Below, piece after piece: positions 63,375 through 64,000 of a DNA stretch of 64,000 nucleotides; the first letter of the stretch is position 1, and the number at the start of each line of letters is the position of its first letter. The notes beneath the pieces were generated by a model. It made no database searches. It saw nothing but the letters and a program-made list of their open reading frames with translations, and was not told the origin of the DNA. A program made the position numbers and the translations under genes. The stretch is from an uncultured Nitrospiraceae bacterium. Its GTDB lineage: Bacteria; Nitrospirota; Nitrospiria; Nitrospirales; Nitrospiraceae. The stretch lies in assembly GCA_963730935.1 (NCBI GenBank), contig CAVSTP010000004.1:576001-640000 (forward strand). The letters are read 5' to 3'.

Positions 63375-63992
63375 TCACGCGCTTGGGAAGCCCCGCAGAG
63401 ACCGACGTCGTTGCCCCGCCAGGAAACACTCCGCTGTGTGATCATTCACCATACCCACCGCCTGCATGAACGCGTAGACGATCGTGCTGCCGACGAACCG
63501 AAACCCTCGCTGTTTGAGATCCTTCGAGAGCAGATCGCTCTGCCGGGTCCTGACGGGGATGTCGGTGCCACGCTTCCACCGGTTAACGATCGGCTTCCCT
63601 TCCACGAACTGCCAGAGATAGATGTCGAACGTTCCGAAGACGTGTTGGACCGCGAGGAAGGCCTGGGCGTTCGTCACCGCGGCGTCGATTTTCAAGCGGT
63701 TTCGGATGATCCTCGTATCACGCAGTAATACGCTCTTCTTGATCCGGTCAAACCTGGAGATCCGGACCGGATCGAAGTCGGCAAAAGCCTGACGATACCC
63801 CTCCCGCCGGCGCAACACCGTATCCCAGCTCAGACCTGCCTGCGCTCCTTCCAAGAGCAACATCTCAAAGAGCCGACGGTCATCATGCACGGGCCTTCCC
63901 CACTCGGTGTCGTGATAGCGAATCATATGAGGGGTGACTCCAGCCCAGCTGCACCGCCGTTTCTTGATGTCCGAAGAAGAGCGGTCAGCCAT
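63375..63992 (-). CDS. tag: DNA-3-methyladenine glycosylase I
   Basis: RCSW, YHDTEWG, LEGAQAGLSW, IIRNRLKI, GFRFVG, GMVNDH...C. Confidence 0.95.
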   Translation of the reverse strand: MADRSSSDIKKRRCSWAGVTPHMIRYHDTEWGRPVHDDRRLFEMLLLEGAQAGLSWDTVLRRREGYRQAFADFDPVRISRFDRIKKSVLLRDTRIIRNRLKIDAAVTNAQAFLAVQHVFGTFDIYLWQFVEGKPIVNRWKRGTDIPVRTRQSDLLSKDLKQRGFRFVGSTIVYAFMQAVGMVNDHTAECFLAGQRRRSLRGFPSA

Positions 63993-64000
63993 AGGGCCCA

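Overview
A GC-rich bacterial chromosome segment made almost entirely of core housekeeping genes: malic enzyme, rnd, gltA, hsp20, fumC, nadK, clpC, tsaD, hflX, nth, yicC-gmk-rpoZ-coaBC, aroQ-efp-accB-accC, thiE, bioD, putA, desaturase, mrp, lipA, pgm, degQ, an EF-G paralog, radC, rsmD-coaD-aspC, tsaC, purD, purH, dnaE-accA and tag. Gene style and the intergenic repeat suggest Nitrospira/Nitrospirota (inference from recall, not searched). I found no rRNA, tRNA, CRISPR array, transposase or prophage. Signals the ORF track misses: (1) a 28-bp XerC/XerD dif site at 43438-43465, with KOPS-like octamers switching strand around it, so this is probably the replication terminus; (2) a 165-bp MITE-like element with 17-bp terminal inverted repeats between purD and purH, plus a decayed copy between accB and accC; (3) a frameshifted cupredoxin lipoprotein gene whose Cu ligands lie in another frame; (4) hflX probably starting at an ATT codon; (5) an orphan near-consensus sigma70 promoter facing a sigma54-driven Zn-ribbon gene, a candidate antisense or small RNA. 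The best candidates for poorly characterised systems are an ArfA/ArfB-like envelope pair (BON-OmpA plus TM-coiled-coil-HhH), an EF-G paralog with a degenerate GTPase site, and a YyaL-aldo/keto reductase fusion. None can be shown to be novel without database searches.
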